Below are positions 39,501-49,211 of a stretch of DNA of 64,000 nucleotides, piece after piece (positions within the stretch are counted from its first letter, which is position 1; each line of letters begins with the position of its first letter). The notes under the pieces were generated by a model. The model worked only from the letters and a program-made list of their open reading frames with translations, had not been told where the DNA came from and ran no database searches. This stretch comes from a virus, in IMG/VR virus record IMGVR_UViG_3300042503_001836, positions 54,554 to 118,553 of that record; one strand, 5' to 3'. The position numbers and the translations under genes are program-made.

Positions 39501-42215
39501 CTAACTAAAAGGATTGTGGATCTTACCACCAACAAAGCTACTACGCGGAGTAGATTCTTGTAACTCACCAAAAGCACCATCAGCACTATCCACAATATCG
39601 TTAGTCAGTGGTTTCTTACTACCATCAAATTCATGTAACGCCGCTAAAAATTGATCATTCCACGCACCCCTAAATAGTTTCACCTTTCCATCTTTAGCAG
39701 CAATAGCTAAAGGCATAGCGCGTGTTACTTTATCACCTAACGGCTTAACACCTCTAGCATCAAATCCTACTAACTGCCGTTTAAGCGATGACTCGTAACG
39801 TTTGCCAGCACTACCGCCTTCTAATTCCCAGCGCACCTTACAAGCAGTTCCATCTTGTTGCGCGATTTTCAAAACTGAATTATCTCCGTCATCCGCCGAT
39901 ACCTGTTCCCAAAAACAATCAAGTACATAATAGATACCTTGGTATAGCTTGATTTTAGTCCGTACACTGTAGAAACTACTTTTTGACGCTGTAGCCGACG
40001 ACGTAGCGGCAAAGTCCCAAAAAGCCACAGTTTGACCACCAGCCGGAACAGAGTTAACCACTTCAAACCAATGACGATTAAATATAGTACCCGCTTCATA
40101 TTTAATTTTCCAATTACCTTTTAATAGTCGCTCCATCTCCACAGGATGCAATGATAAAAGGTTTTGCAGATACTGAGGATTAGATTCTAATAGATGCGGA
40201 TTATCATATACAGTCCCCTTGATAAAAGTAAAACTTTTTGGTGGTGCGATCGCTGCCAAGTCTGGAAATTGATCCATTAATTCCTGTTCTGTATCACCCC
40301 AATGAATCTCACCATTGATCCGGTAAAAATACCTCAAAACTCCCGATCTTTCTTCGATAGGGTAGCCAGTATCTTGATCAATGTACCAAGCTACTAACTT
40401 TGCTACCCATGAATCGGCATCAGGGTTACAAGTTGCATCAATACGAGGTCTAACGCCACAGGTTGATCTATTCCGTGAGAACAAAAACCAGAATTGACGC
40501 TCTGTAAATTTTGTTAACTCGTCAAAGCCAAGATGACATATCTGTGAACCTGGATATTTATCCTCAACATCTTTTTCATATTGAGCGTGTCCAAAACTGA
40601 TAGCACTACCAGTAGGAAAAACCCAGTCTAGTTGATATTCTCTAGCTTGGGCTTTAGGAATTAATTTATATAAATTTCTTGACTCATCCCATAACCCGCC
40701 TTCGTTAGTTATCTCAGGTCGAGTCCGTCTTAGAATAACAGAGCCATAACCCGGTACTTTTAAGAATTTAGACGCTTTTAAGAGCATTGAAAAGCTGTTA
40801 TGGGTGACGTTATATCCGTCGGTAATGTAAAGATGATTAGGATTAGAGACAGTAATACAGCGACAGTAAACTTTTTTACCTAACTTTTCAATATTTGTAA
40901 TAGCCTTCCCAACCCAAATATTAGGCTCATGACTCATTGCCGCTTCTATTTTGCGAGGCAAGCTAAATAAACGGTGGCGATTGTTACCCTCAACTGATAC
41001 TATATAAGCCATCCGTTTTTCACCTTCATAACCTTTGGTATAGCAAACACCTTGCTTTTGGCGAATCTTAGCAATAAAACCTAATGACCTCACTAAATTA
41101 GCTACGTCTTCCGCTAATTCTAGTGATACTGTGCAATAAGAAACCTCATTTTTTTCCACAGTTGCAGTTGCGGCATAGCCATCAGTGTCAAACAAACCTT
41201 GAGCTAAATTCCATCTAAACCCTAATGATTCCTTCAAATAACCTTTAGGAATAAATTTCTCATGAGAATATTTGCCCATTAGTCCAGTATTAACAGCCCA
41301 ATTCCTTACCCAGTCATCCTTAATAGTTATATACGCAAAGTAAGGTTGCTGACTTTGTTCTGACTTATCTCTAATACTGTACTTCTCTAATAGCGATAAA
41401 CATCTTTCTTGTATCCAAATATCCGCAGTACAAAAACCAATCCCATTAGTTTTTCTTCCCTGGATCATCCCGTCACCAAGCAAAACACCGTATAAATAAG
41501 CCCTATCTTCACGCCCTCTTGTTATGTGTGTGTAGTTAAGCGGTGCGGTAATAGGAATTATAAACCTTCTGTCTTTTTGAATTTCTTGAAATAACCATTC
41601 AGTATCTCTAACTCTAGCCCTTGAAATGTAGTTAATATTCCAATTAGTCGCATCATTGTTATCAAGTATTAGCTTTTTGCCTTCTCTAGTTTTCTTTCTA
41701 CTATCTTGCCTTGCTTCCCAAAAACCCCACAAATGATCACCAGAACACTCAACGCTAGTCTTATCTTCAAAAGTTACTTTATAAACGTCTAACAGTCCAC
41801 GCTCATGGACTTGAATAATTTCTTGAGCGTGTCCGTCAGGATTCATGATCCTATCACCTACCGCAACTTCAGAAAATCCTTTCCATTCACCATTCCACAT
41901 TAATACTTTACTATCCATGTCTCTAATTTCTTTGGGTACTAAGTGAATTATATCATGATAGTAGTCCGCCGTAAATCCTAAAATATTTTGGAACGCCCAC
42001 CCTAAACCATAACAGCTTTCCGCCTTCCCACTACCTGCGGCTCCACCATATATGCACACATCGGCAGGTGTATTATAGAACATTTCTTGCGCGCCTGGTG
42101 AAGGTGCAGGAAGATTGACCTCAAAATCAGATGTGTCTACCATCTGATTATCTATAGTGGCTTTTTTAATTTTTTTTATATTCTTAGGGTTAAGTCTGCC
42201 AAAGGATAAAGTCAT
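39501..42215 (-). CDS. terL: Terminase large subunit containing an intein
   Basis: Walker A GGAAGSGK|S, Walker B GFDELT, TCNP, nuclease WDFA and DIVDS motifs. Confidence 0.95.
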   Translation of the reverse strand: MTLSFGRLNPKNIKKIKKATIDNQMVDTSDFEVNLPAPSPGAQEMFYNTPADVCIYGGAAGSGKAESCYGLGWAFQNILGFTADYYHDIIHLVPKEIRDMDSKVLMWNGEWKGFSEVAVGDRIMNPDGHAQEIIQVHERGLLDVYKVTFEDKTSVECSGDHLWGFWEARQDSRKKTREGKKLILDNNDATNWNINYISRARVRDTEWLFQEIQKDRRFIIPITAPLNYTHITRGREDRAYLYGVLLGDGMIQGRKTNGIGFCTADIWIQERCLSLLEKYSIRDKSEQSQQPYFAYITIKDDWVRNWAVNTGLMGKYSHEKFIPKGYLKESLGFRWNLAQGLFDTDGYAATATVEKNEVSYCTVSLELAEDVANLVRSLGFIAKIRQKQGVCYTKGYEGEKRMAYIVSVEGNNRHRLFSLPRKIEAAMSHEPNIWVGKAITNIEKLGKKVYCRCITVSNPNHLYITDGYNVTHNSFSMLLKASKFLKVPGYGSVILRRTRPEITNEGGLWDESRNLYKLIPKAQAREYQLDWVFPTGSAISFGHAQYEKDVEDKYPGSQICHLGFDELTKFTERQFWFLFSRNRSTCGVRPRIDATCNPDADSWVAKLVAWYIDQDTGYPIEERSGVLRYFYRINGEIHWGDTEQELMDQFPDLAAIAPPKSFTFIKGTVYDNPHLLESNPQYLQNLLSLHPVEMERLLKGNWKIKYEAGTIFNRHWFEVVNSVPAGGQTVAFWDFAATSSATASKSSFYSVRTKIKLYQGIYYVLDCFWEQVSADDGDNSVLKIAQQDGTACKVRWELEGGSAGKRYESSLKRQLVGFDARGVKPLGDKVTRAMPLAIAAKDGKVKLFRGAWNDQFLAALHEFDGSKKPLTNDIVDSADGAFGELQESTPRSSFVGGKIHNPFS
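40797..42023 (-). mobile_element. Class 3 intein with LAGLIDADG homing endonuclease (409 aa)
   Basis: Starts with Ala after the P-loop Lys, ends VTHN|S; WCT signature (DHLW, CRCITV, THN); YGVLLGDG and QGLFDTDG motifs. Confidence 0.9.
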
Positions 42216-42458
42216 TTTAAGGATTAAAATACTGGTTTATCTTAGTATATAAAATATTTTCTAAATCATTTTTGCAATGGTGACATTCTTGCCTGACCTA
42301 AAGGGCATATTTTGTCTTTTAACTTAACCTTGCAGCAAGCTGGGCATCTCACGCCTTTAGGATCTTCTGCCTGTTCTGTACAGGTTTTAATTTGAGAGTC
42401 TACAGCGTCTTCATTAAGATAAAGCATAAAAAATGGGGTGATAGTTCACCCCATAATT

Positions 42459-42944
42459 TTATCCTACTTTGATATTTTTATTAAACTTGCTGGCGTTGGT
42501 GCATCCGTACTTTTTGGCTAGTTCTTCCAGGCTGTCCGGTGATGACTTGCCGTAATACTTGCCAATCTTAAAATACCAACAGCCGCGCTTAGAGTGCCAT
42601 GTACAGCCCGCTTGTTTGATTTTGTCCTTAACTGGTTTTGTGTCACCAGTTATCCAGATCCAAGTTCCTATTAAACCTATCTCTACTTCCATATTGAGAG
42701 ATAATAGTTCAATGATCTTGTCCATCAAAGCTTTTTCAATTTCTTGGTTGTATTTGTATGTGTACTCTTGACCTTGATCATCCTTACTAGTTTGACCATT
42801 GCAGTTTTTTAATGCAGCTTCATAAGCATTGTTTAACGCTTTCATTGTCTCCAGATCCCCGCCTAAGTCTGGATGATGTTTCACAGCTAATTTTTTATAG
42901 TTAATTTTGATTTGTTCTACGGTCATTCCTGAGAAGTTAAACAT
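42459..42944 (-). CDS. J-domain (DnaJ-like) protein
   Basis: YKKLAVKHHPDLGGD..MKALNNAYE. Confidence 0.88.
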   Translation of the reverse strand: MFNFSGMTVEQIKINYKKLAVKHHPDLGGDLETMKALNNAYEAALKNCNGQTSKDDQGQEYTYKYNQEIEKALMDKIIELLSLNMEVEIGLIGTWIWITGDTKPVKDKIKQAGCTWHSKRGCWYFKIGKYYGKSSPDSLEELAKKYGCTNASKFNKNIKVG

Positions 42945-43056
42945 TGTTTTACCCTTTATTCTTTGTTGTTTTTTTTTGTTTTATCCTGTATGACTAATAT
43001 AGTGGATAGACTATATTTTTGTCAACAGGATTTTAGAAAATATTTTAAGTAGCCTA

Positions 43057-43281
43057 TTACTTTATTTGTTTGGAATCTCTTAGCCATTGCCAAACATCGC
43101 CAGCTAAACCACAAAACACTACTTCACCATCTTTCAAAATGTAGCGTCGTTGCAAGCTGCGACTAATTAAATTTTCATGTTCTCTAGTAGTCATATTTAA
43201 GCAACCGAGAACAGAATATAAACTCATATCTTTTGTATCTAACATTTGCTTTGTTTCCTTAGAAAATTTAGTATGCTTCAA
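43057..43281 (-). CDS. Hypothetical protein
   Basis: ORF overlapping the end of 43268-43645. Confidence 0.6.
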   Translation of the reverse strand: MKHTKFSKETKQMLDTKDMSLYSVLGCLNMTTREHENLISRSLQRRYILKDGEVVFCGLAGDVWQWLRDSKQIK

Positions 43282-43645
43282 TAATTACTATGTCACCAGT
43301 TAACCAGCATTTTTCAACGCTACCAGATACACTACCGCCCCAAAACTCCATAAACCAGGGAGGAGTATTTTTAAGTGCTTTATCTGCACTTTTTTGACTT
43401 TTATATGTAGCATACACGCCACCAAAAGCAGTGATCGCCCATGTTTTTTTACCTGTCAAAATATTTAGTAATCGTACGACTTTAGGCTGATCTAGCCCCT
43501 TGGCTTCTGCCTCTAATTTTTCTAGCTTACCTTCCAGAATAATTAATTGATCAATGTAAAATCTAATTCCGTCACTGATAAGTTTTAAAGTAGCTTCGAT
43601 TTGGTGTTTGAGTGTACGGATTTGGTAAGAAATTGTGGTGGTCAT
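43268..43645 (-). CDS. Hypothetical protein; N-terminal 45 aa shared with 43792-44280
   Basis: Own promoter; duplicated N-terminus. Confidence 0.75.
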   Translation of the reverse strand: MTTTISYQIRTLKHQIEATLKLISDGIRFYIDQLIILEGKLEKLEAEAKGLDQPKVVRLLNILTGKKTWAITAFGGVYATYKSQKSADKALKNTPPWFMEFWGGSVSGSVEKCWLTGDIVIIEAY

Positions 43646-43791
43646 CTTGTTTTGTTTCTCTGTTGTTTTAACCTTATGTATCTATACTAGTGGATAGACT
43701 ATTTTTTGTCAATAGGTTTTTCTAAAATAATTTAAAATATTTTTTTTGCAATAAAAAACCCTAGCAACTTATTAGCCGCTAGGGTTAAGGA

Positions 43792-44280
43792 TTAAACAAC
43801 ACCATCTATGATGTCGGAACGCTTTGCTAAGTATTCATAAAATTTTTCTTGCTGTACTTGTGGAAGATTAGAAGCTTTCCACTGGTTATTAAAGTAGTCG
43901 CGTTCTGCTTTAAACAGAATCGCGTAATTTATAAAATACTCGCTGTACTCTTCACGGAGTTTAATTAATCTGTCTTCATTTTTATTTCTTTTTAAAACCT
44001 CTTTTCTGAAGACATAACGCCATTCATAATTAGGTACACTACGCATTGCCCAAGCTAAATAGTCTGTAGGAATGTCACGAACGCAACTACCCTTGTATTT
44101 TCCAAAGGTTACTACTTTTGCGCTGTCTGGAGTGTTAAGACTGCTTTCTAATTTTTCCAATTTGCCCTCTAAAATGATAAGTTGATCAATATAAAATAAA
44201 ATACCATCTGCAATAAGTTTTAAAGTAGCTTCGATTTGATGTTTGAGTGTACGGATTTGGTAGAAAATTGTAGTAGTCAT
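43792..44280 (-). CDS. Hypothetical protein with FGKYKG..IPTDYLAW (DUF3820-like) motif
   Basis: Motif recognition; own promoter and terminator. Confidence 0.7.
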   Translation of the reverse strand: MTTTIFYQIRTLKHQIEATLKLIADGILFYIDQLIILEGKLEKLESSLNTPDSAKVVTFGKYKGSCVRDIPTDYLAWAMRSVPNYEWRYVFRKEVLKRNKNEDRLIKLREEYSEYFINYAILFKAERDYFNNQWKASNLPQVQQEKFYEYLAKRSDIIDGVV

Positions 44281-44437
44281 CTTGTTTGTTTCCTGTGTTT
44301 TAACCTTATGTAACTATAATAGTGGATAGACTATTTTTTGTCAATAGGTTTTTCTAAAATAATTTAAAATAGTTTTTTACAATAAAAAACCCTTGTAACT
44401 TAAGGGTTTAATAATTTTATCTAGTTTTTTAAAGTAA

Positions 44438-44668
44438 TTAAAGTAAAACAAACTGCTGCCCAGGTAGTTGTCTCACTAAGCCAGCTAGTTCAAACTCTAG
44501 CAAGATATTTGATATAGGAAAATCAAAGTTTTTCTGTATTTGAGAGTAACTGAGATGTTTCTTTTCACTTTCACAAAACAACACGGCTATATCGTTCATT
44601 GCCTGTTCAGTTTGTGCTTGAGTAGGTTGCTGGTGAGTAGGTTGGTGTTTACTTTTAGCTTTAGCCAT
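44438..44668 (-). CDS. Stand-alone DprA C-terminal winged-helix-like protein
   Basis: ISNILLEFELAGLVRQLPGQQF resembles the DprA C-terminal LL.LEL.G.V.QLPG motif. Confidence 0.65.
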   Translation of the reverse strand: MAKAKSKHQPTHQQPTQAQTEQAMNDIAVLFCESEKKHLSYSQIQKNFDFPISNILLEFELAGLVRQLPGQQFVLL

Positions 44669-44804
44669 TATCTTGTCTCCTGTTTTCTTGTTTTCTTGTC
44701 TTATCCTTATGTACCTATAATAGTGGATAGACTATTTTTTGTCAATAGGTTTTTTAAAATAATTTTTTACAATAAAAAAACCCTGAGTTAATCAGGGTTT
44801 AAGC

Positions 44805-45179
44805 TTAAAATTCAATTAGGTCAGAATCAATTATTTCAGGATTATTTCTGAGAAACCAATAAGCTTGTCCTCTGGTTTTGAAAGTGTAAACAGTTGGATG
44901 CCATTCTTTTATTATATATTTGTATTTGCCTCTACCAAAACCAGAATCATCTTTATAGGTCATTTCAGTAGGCGTGTTGCGTTCAACGTTTTCCTCCATG
45001 TATTTTTGAGCCTCTTCATGGTTTTTAAAACCCTGTTCAAACTCATTCATGTTGTAATAACGATAATCTGTTACTGTGTATAGTGGATTTGAAAAATCAC
45101 TAGTGTGAATGGGATGAGACAGCAAAAAATTAATTTTTTTATTTAATTCGCGTTCTTGAGTTTTAGTTAAAGTAGTCAT
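44805..45179 (-). CDS. Hypothetical protein
   Basis: Own promoter and terminator. Confidence 0.7.
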   Translation of the reverse strand: MTTLTKTQERELNKKINFLLSHPIHTSDFSNPLYTVTDYRYYNMNEFEQGFKNHEEAQKYMEENVERNTPTEMTYKDDSGFGRGKYKYIIKEWHPTVYTFKTRGQAYWFLRNNPEIIDSDLIEF

Positions 45180-45322
45180 CTTATTTTGTCTCTTTTTGTT
45201 TTGACCTTATGTAACTACTATAGTCTATCCACAAATAAAAGTCAATAGGTTTTTCAAAATAATTTAAAATATTTTCTTAAAATAAAAAAAACCCTTGTAA
45301 CTCAAGGGTTTAATAGTCTTAT

Positions 45323-45463
45323 TTAGTTTTTTTGGTTGATATGATTGTTTACAATCGCTTTTAGTTCTTCTAGAGTCTTTGCCATTAGAAGATGATAATT
45401 ATTGAAATCTTTACTCTCTGCTACATATCCCATGTAGGTCTTATGAATTATATAGTTATCCAT
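45323..45463 (-). CDS. Micro-protein (46 aa)
   Basis: Manual translation MDNYIIHKTYMGYVAESKDF...; GGAG RBS, own promoter and terminator. Confidence 0.65.
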   Translation of the reverse strand: MDNYIIHKTYMGYVAESKDFNNYHLLMAKTLEELKAIVNNHINQKN

Positions 45464-45605
45464 CTGTTTTATTCTCCGTCGCTCTGTTGTTTTGACCTTA
45501 TGTATTTACTATATAGTCTATCCACTAATTTGTCAATAGGTTTTTCAAAATAATTTAAAATATTTTTTAAAATAGAAAAACCCTTGAGTTACAAGGGTTT
45601 TAGCT

Positions 45606-45779
45606 TTATTCTTGTTCTTGTTCTTTAGCTTCAGCGCGTTTACGCCTCATGTGTTCCCTATTGGCAAGTCGTTTTTTCTCCCTTTGCGCTTCACTCATAT
45701 TCTGTTGCCACTTACGCTTACGGGCTTTACCCTTTTCAGTGGCGTTGTATTTGGCTTGGGCTTCCGGATCATAAGCCAT
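45606..45779 (-). CDS. Highly basic micro-protein (57 aa)
   Basis: Manual translation MAYDPEAQAKYNATEKGKARKRKWQQ...; AGGAG RBS, own promoter and terminator. Confidence 0.7.
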   Translation of the reverse strand: MAYDPEAQAKYNATEKGKARKRKWQQNMSEAQREKKRLANREHMRRKRAEAKEQEQE

Positions 45780-45947
45780 AGTGAAAATCTCCTAGTCATC
45801 TTGTTTATCACTATATGTATAGTCTATCCAATTTTCTCTGTCAATCGTACGGGTATAAAAAATAAACTAAAAAATATTTTAAATTAAGTATTGACTTTTA
45901 TTTGTGGATAGACTATATTTAAAACATAAGCAAAGAAGCAAAAAACA

Positions 45948-46208
45948 ATGTACGTTACTTTTGAAACATCTGACGGTCAAAAAATCACAATTGATATCAC
46001 AAGGGTTAAAGCTTGGGACACAGAAGATTTAGTTCACACTGCTTGCGAGCAACTAGGACTAGAGTATGTAGATTTTTCTAGGAGATCAAAAAAATTGAAA
46101 GGCACGGTGACACCAATAGACTGGAGACCGCTAATCCAGGAGTACAGATCAGAAATGGTCATTTTAAAAAGACCACCCAGAAAAGGTGTGATTCCCGTTC
46201 CCTGGTAA
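45948..46208 (+). CDS. Hypothetical protein
   Basis: Own promoter and terminator. Confidence 0.7.
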   Translation: MYVTFETSDGQKITIDITRVKAWDTEDLVHTACEQLGLEYVDFSRRSKKLKGTVTPIDWRPLIQEYRSEMVILKRPPRKGVIPVPW

Positions 46209-46396
46209 ACAAGATACACAACCGCTTAGGCTTAAACTTAAGCGGTTTTTTATGTTTTATTCTCAGTAAGATATTGTATAAAAAAGAAACTAAAAATATT
46301 TTAAATTAAGTATTGACTTTTATTTGTGGATAGACTATATTTAAAACATAAGGAAAAACAAGTAAGACAAAAACAAAAACAAAGGGGACAAACTAA

Positions 46397-46663
46397 ATGA
46401 CAGCACTACAAAACCAGTACAACACACTAACTGTTAAAATTGCTGAATTAAAAGATCAACGCGATCAACAACAATGGTTACAAGCAAAGATAGACTTAAC
46501 AGTTAAAATAGCAGAATTAGAAAATCAACAAAAAGTAATAGCTAGTAAAATAATAAAAAACGGTGGTGAACTTCCACAAAAAGCCAAACAGAAAAGACAG
46601 CCAACAAAACAAAAAGCAAATAACCTATTAGCTTACGCTGAACATCTAAAAAGCCATTTCTAA
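46397..46663 (+). CDS. Hypothetical coiled-coil protein
   Basis: Internal LTVKIAEL duplication; own promoter and terminator. Confidence 0.7.
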   Translation: MTALQNQYNTLTVKIAELKDQRDQQQWLQAKIDLTVKIAELENQQKVIASKIIKNGGELPQKAKQKRQPTKQKANNLLAYAEHLKSHF

Positions 46664-46788
46664 TAAAACTTAATAAAAAAAAAACAACCGCTTAAGCTCA
46701 AGCTTAGGCGGTTTTTTGTATCCATATCACAAATACTTAGTATTCATAATATGCTATAGTGGTGTTAAATGCTATAGGGACTAAATAT

Positions 46789-47064
46789 ATGACTAAAACT
46801 TTAGATGATTATATGCAAGTTATCCTAGTCCAACAGGTAGCGTTTATCAGTCAAGCCCAAGATATCTATAAGCAGTCTGGAAGGTCTAAAGACGCTAAGA
46901 ATATTTCAGAACTGATGTCAGGGTTATCTATCTTTACAGAGTCCATAGGGGCTATGAACGAGGTAGGAATAGCTAGTATTGATATTGAATCTATAAAAGT
47001 ATTGATCAATAAATTGGAACTGGAGATGTATTACCAAGAAAATGCAGATGTAGATGATGAGTAA
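46789..47064 (+). CDS. Hypothetical acidic-tailed protein
   Basis: Likely start MTKTLDDY; terminator-like hairpin follows. Confidence 0.6.
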   Translation: MTKTLDDYMQVILVQQVAFISQAQDIYKQSGRSKDAKNISELMSGLSIFTESIGAMNEVGIASIDIESIKVLINKLELEMYYQENADVDDE

Positions 47065-47248
47065 GAAGGTATATAAATATAATAACAACCGCTTAGAGTA
47101 ATGTTTAAGCAGTTGTTTTGTATTTGTCGTGGTAAAGTGTATAACACATTTACTCTTTGTTTCATATCCTAAAAATATTTTAATTTAGTGCTTGACAAAT
47201 AATAGTGGATAGACTATATTTATTATAGAAACAAAAAAGGTAAACAAA

Positions 47249-47431
47249 ATGACTACTTTAACAACCAGAGAACAATTAAAACAAAACTACATTTTAGCAG
47301 ATCACAATTATCAACTAGCCTATGCAGAGTACATGATTAATGGTGATTTTACAAAACTTAAAAAAGCAGAGACAGCTAAAAAGAAAGCGTTTAGCCAATT
47401 ACAAAAACATATAAAGGCAAACTTTAAATAA
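47249..47431 (+). CDS. Hypothetical protein (60 aa)
   Basis: Own operator-bearing promoter. Confidence 0.65.
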   Translation: MTTLTTREQLKQNYILADHNYQLAYAEYMINGDFTKLKKAETAKKKAFSQLQKHIKANFK

Positions 47432-47437
47432 AAAATT

Positions 47438-48142
47438 TTAACCCATTACATTCCAAAACAAAGGAACACCTTGCCCGTACTTTTTAACATACTCCCACCC
47501 TTTAGCATCGTAATTAGAACAAGATGGAAAGGGTGGTTTTATTTTAGAGTCTTTGTCGAATGTCAAAGGATGCTTATATATTTTAGCATTACCCATTTTA
47601 CTTACATCTAATGATTTACCAACTTGGATAACATTAAACGTAACATTAGAGGTAAACCCTAATTGCAAGGATCTAGATAAAACACCACTCCCACCAACAC
47701 ACCAAACCTCAGTTATATTTGAATGTGTTCCTTGTATTTGTCTGGCAACTTTAGCTATTTCACTAAATGACAATGGTGTTTCTAATCCAAAAGGTAAAAG
47801 ATGTGCGCCTGTATCACTACAATAGGCTTTTGCTTTAGATATAACATTACTCAAGTAGCCATAAGGAACTTGTATTATTGTTGCACCTGCTCTTTTAGCT
47901 TCTAATGTTCTAGCGTGAGGTGTTTTCCTCTTAGCACAAAATATAGTAACTTTTACGCCTACTTCTTTTCCTGCGTGAGCAAGAGCTATTTGCGCCCCAC
48001 CATATACGGGTGAAGTATAAACTACTTCACGATAGCCTTTTATCAATTGATCTGAAAAACGCCTCTTAGTTCCGCCAGGTATATAATCGTCCCTGACTAC
48101 TAAGATTCCGTCATGCTCTTTAATGATTGGTTCAAATCTCAT
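47438..48142 (-). CDS. PLP-dependent enzyme (fold type II; ACC deaminase/cysteine desulfhydrase-like)
   Basis: VVRDD..GGTKRR Schiff-base Lys motif; VGGSGVL phosphate loop; NYDAKGW. Confidence 0.8.
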   Translation of the reverse strand: MRFEPIIKEHDGILVVRDDYIPGGTKRRFSDQLIKGYREVVYTSPVYGGAQIALAHAGKEVGVKVTIFCAKRKTPHARTLEAKRAGATIIQVPYGYLSNVISKAKAYCSDTGAHLLPFGLETPLSFSEIAKVARQIQGTHSNITEVWCVGGSGVLSRSLQLGFTSNVTFNVIQVGKSLDVSKMGNAKIYKHPLTFDKDSKIKPPFPSCSNYDAKGWEYVKKYGQGVPLFWNVMG

Positions 48143-49104
48143 AAAACTTCACCGTATTTATTGGCTACGGAATCATCTACAAAAAGAGAGTCGTCAATGT
48201 AAACGTCACCAAAAACGTCTTTAATGTTTTTTGGATCGCCTTTATAAAAAACTAACACATTTTGATGAGTCTTTCCCAGCTTTCTACCTGATTGAAATTG
48301 TTTAGTTACTCTAATAGGTAAACTACCAACAGAAGTTACTAAAATTCCTTCATTATATAGAGTCATTCCCCCATCATGAAATGCAGTAATAGTATCAGCA
48401 ACAAAGTTATTGTAAAATCCTTTTTTATCTCTAAAGTCTCCTACAACAAAACAGGCAAATCTATCATCTTTCAACTGTTTAATACAGTTGGCAATAATAA
48501 CACGATAGTCTTGTATAAATTCTTTATAAGGCAGCGTACTTAAATCATTTTCAAGATCCGAATATACTTCTAAATCACCATAGGGAGGGCAACTAAAAAC
48601 TAAATCAAACTGTTTGTTTTTAGTTAAAATGTTGATATTTCTTGAATCCCCATTAATCCATGCTGGCGGGTTATTGGGACAAAGATTTTGACCTTGTGGT
48701 GTATTAGCTTCGACCTGTTCTTTTCTTAACTCAATACCTGTGTAATGGTAGCCTAAATAATTGGCAACAATACCTCTTACAGAGCCACCAGCGAACGGAT
48801 CTAAAATAGTACCGTTTTGAGGGCAAAACCAGCGATAAACTAACTCGCAAAGGACGGGATCAAATATTGAGGTTCCTGATTGAGTTAATGCTTCAGTCGG
48901 ATAAGCATACTCACCTTTGGGAACAGTTTCACTGTTCCCAAAGCCTCTTGATGGTTCTGATTGTTCTTTATTATTTTTCATATTTTTTTTAGGTGCTAGG
49001 CGATCGCACATCCCCCCCCTATTTTTGCTGCGTTGCTGTTGATATTTGACATTTTCGCCTCTCATTAAATCTTGACCGAATGTACGAGCAAAGTTTTTCT
49101 TCAC
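48139..49104 (-). CDS. SAM-dependent amino-DNA-methyltransferase-like catalytic part
   Basis: TSIFDPVLCE, LDPFAGGSVRG (motif I), FSCPPY (motif IV), HQNVLVFYKG. Confidence 0.85.
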   Translation of the reverse strand: MKKNFARTFGQDLMRGENVKYQQQRSKNRGGMCDRLAPKKNMKNNKEQSEPSRGFGNSETVPKGEYAYPTEALTQSGTSIFDPVLCELVYRWFCPQNGTILDPFAGGSVRGIVANYLGYHYTGIELRKEQVEANTPQGQNLCPNNPPAWINGDSRNINILTKNKQFDLVFSCPPYGDLEVYSDLENDLSTLPYKEFIQDYRVIIANCIKQLKDDRFACFVVGDFRDKKGFYNNFVADTITAFHDGGMTLYNEGILVTSVGSLPIRVTKQFQSGRKLGKTHQNVLVFYKGDPKNIKDVFGDVYIDDSLFVDDSVANKYGEVL

Positions 49105-49211
49105 GGAATAGCCCTCCCTTTGGAATCACCTCTAGTATGGTCTTTTGAATACGACATAGATGGCATTAAAGAACCGCTTGGCACTGCTAAGTAACGTGCC
49201 TTGCTGCTCAT
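49101..49211 (-). CDS. 36-aa micro-ORF between the ParB and methyltransferase parts
   Basis: MSSKARYLAVPSGSLMPSMSYSKDHTRGDSKGRAIP, with ATGA and GTGA stop/start overlaps at its ends. Confidence 0.5.
   Translation of the reverse strand: MSSKARYLAVPSGSLMPSMSYSKDHTRGDSKGRAIP

Larger units (their letters stand above)
42985..47225. promoter_or_regulatory. Ten repeated sigma70 promoters carrying an ATAGT-N6-ACTAT type operator (core GTGGATAGACTAT)
   Basis: Motif at about 43001, 43689, 44321, 44722, 45220, 45513, 45819, 45904, 46326 and 47204, each between TTGAC(A/T) and a -10-like hexamer. Confidence 0.85.

Noticed and set aside
45612-45887. Plus-strand 91-aa ORF
   Set aside because: Antisense to the 57-aa minus-strand gene that has an RBS, promoter and terminator
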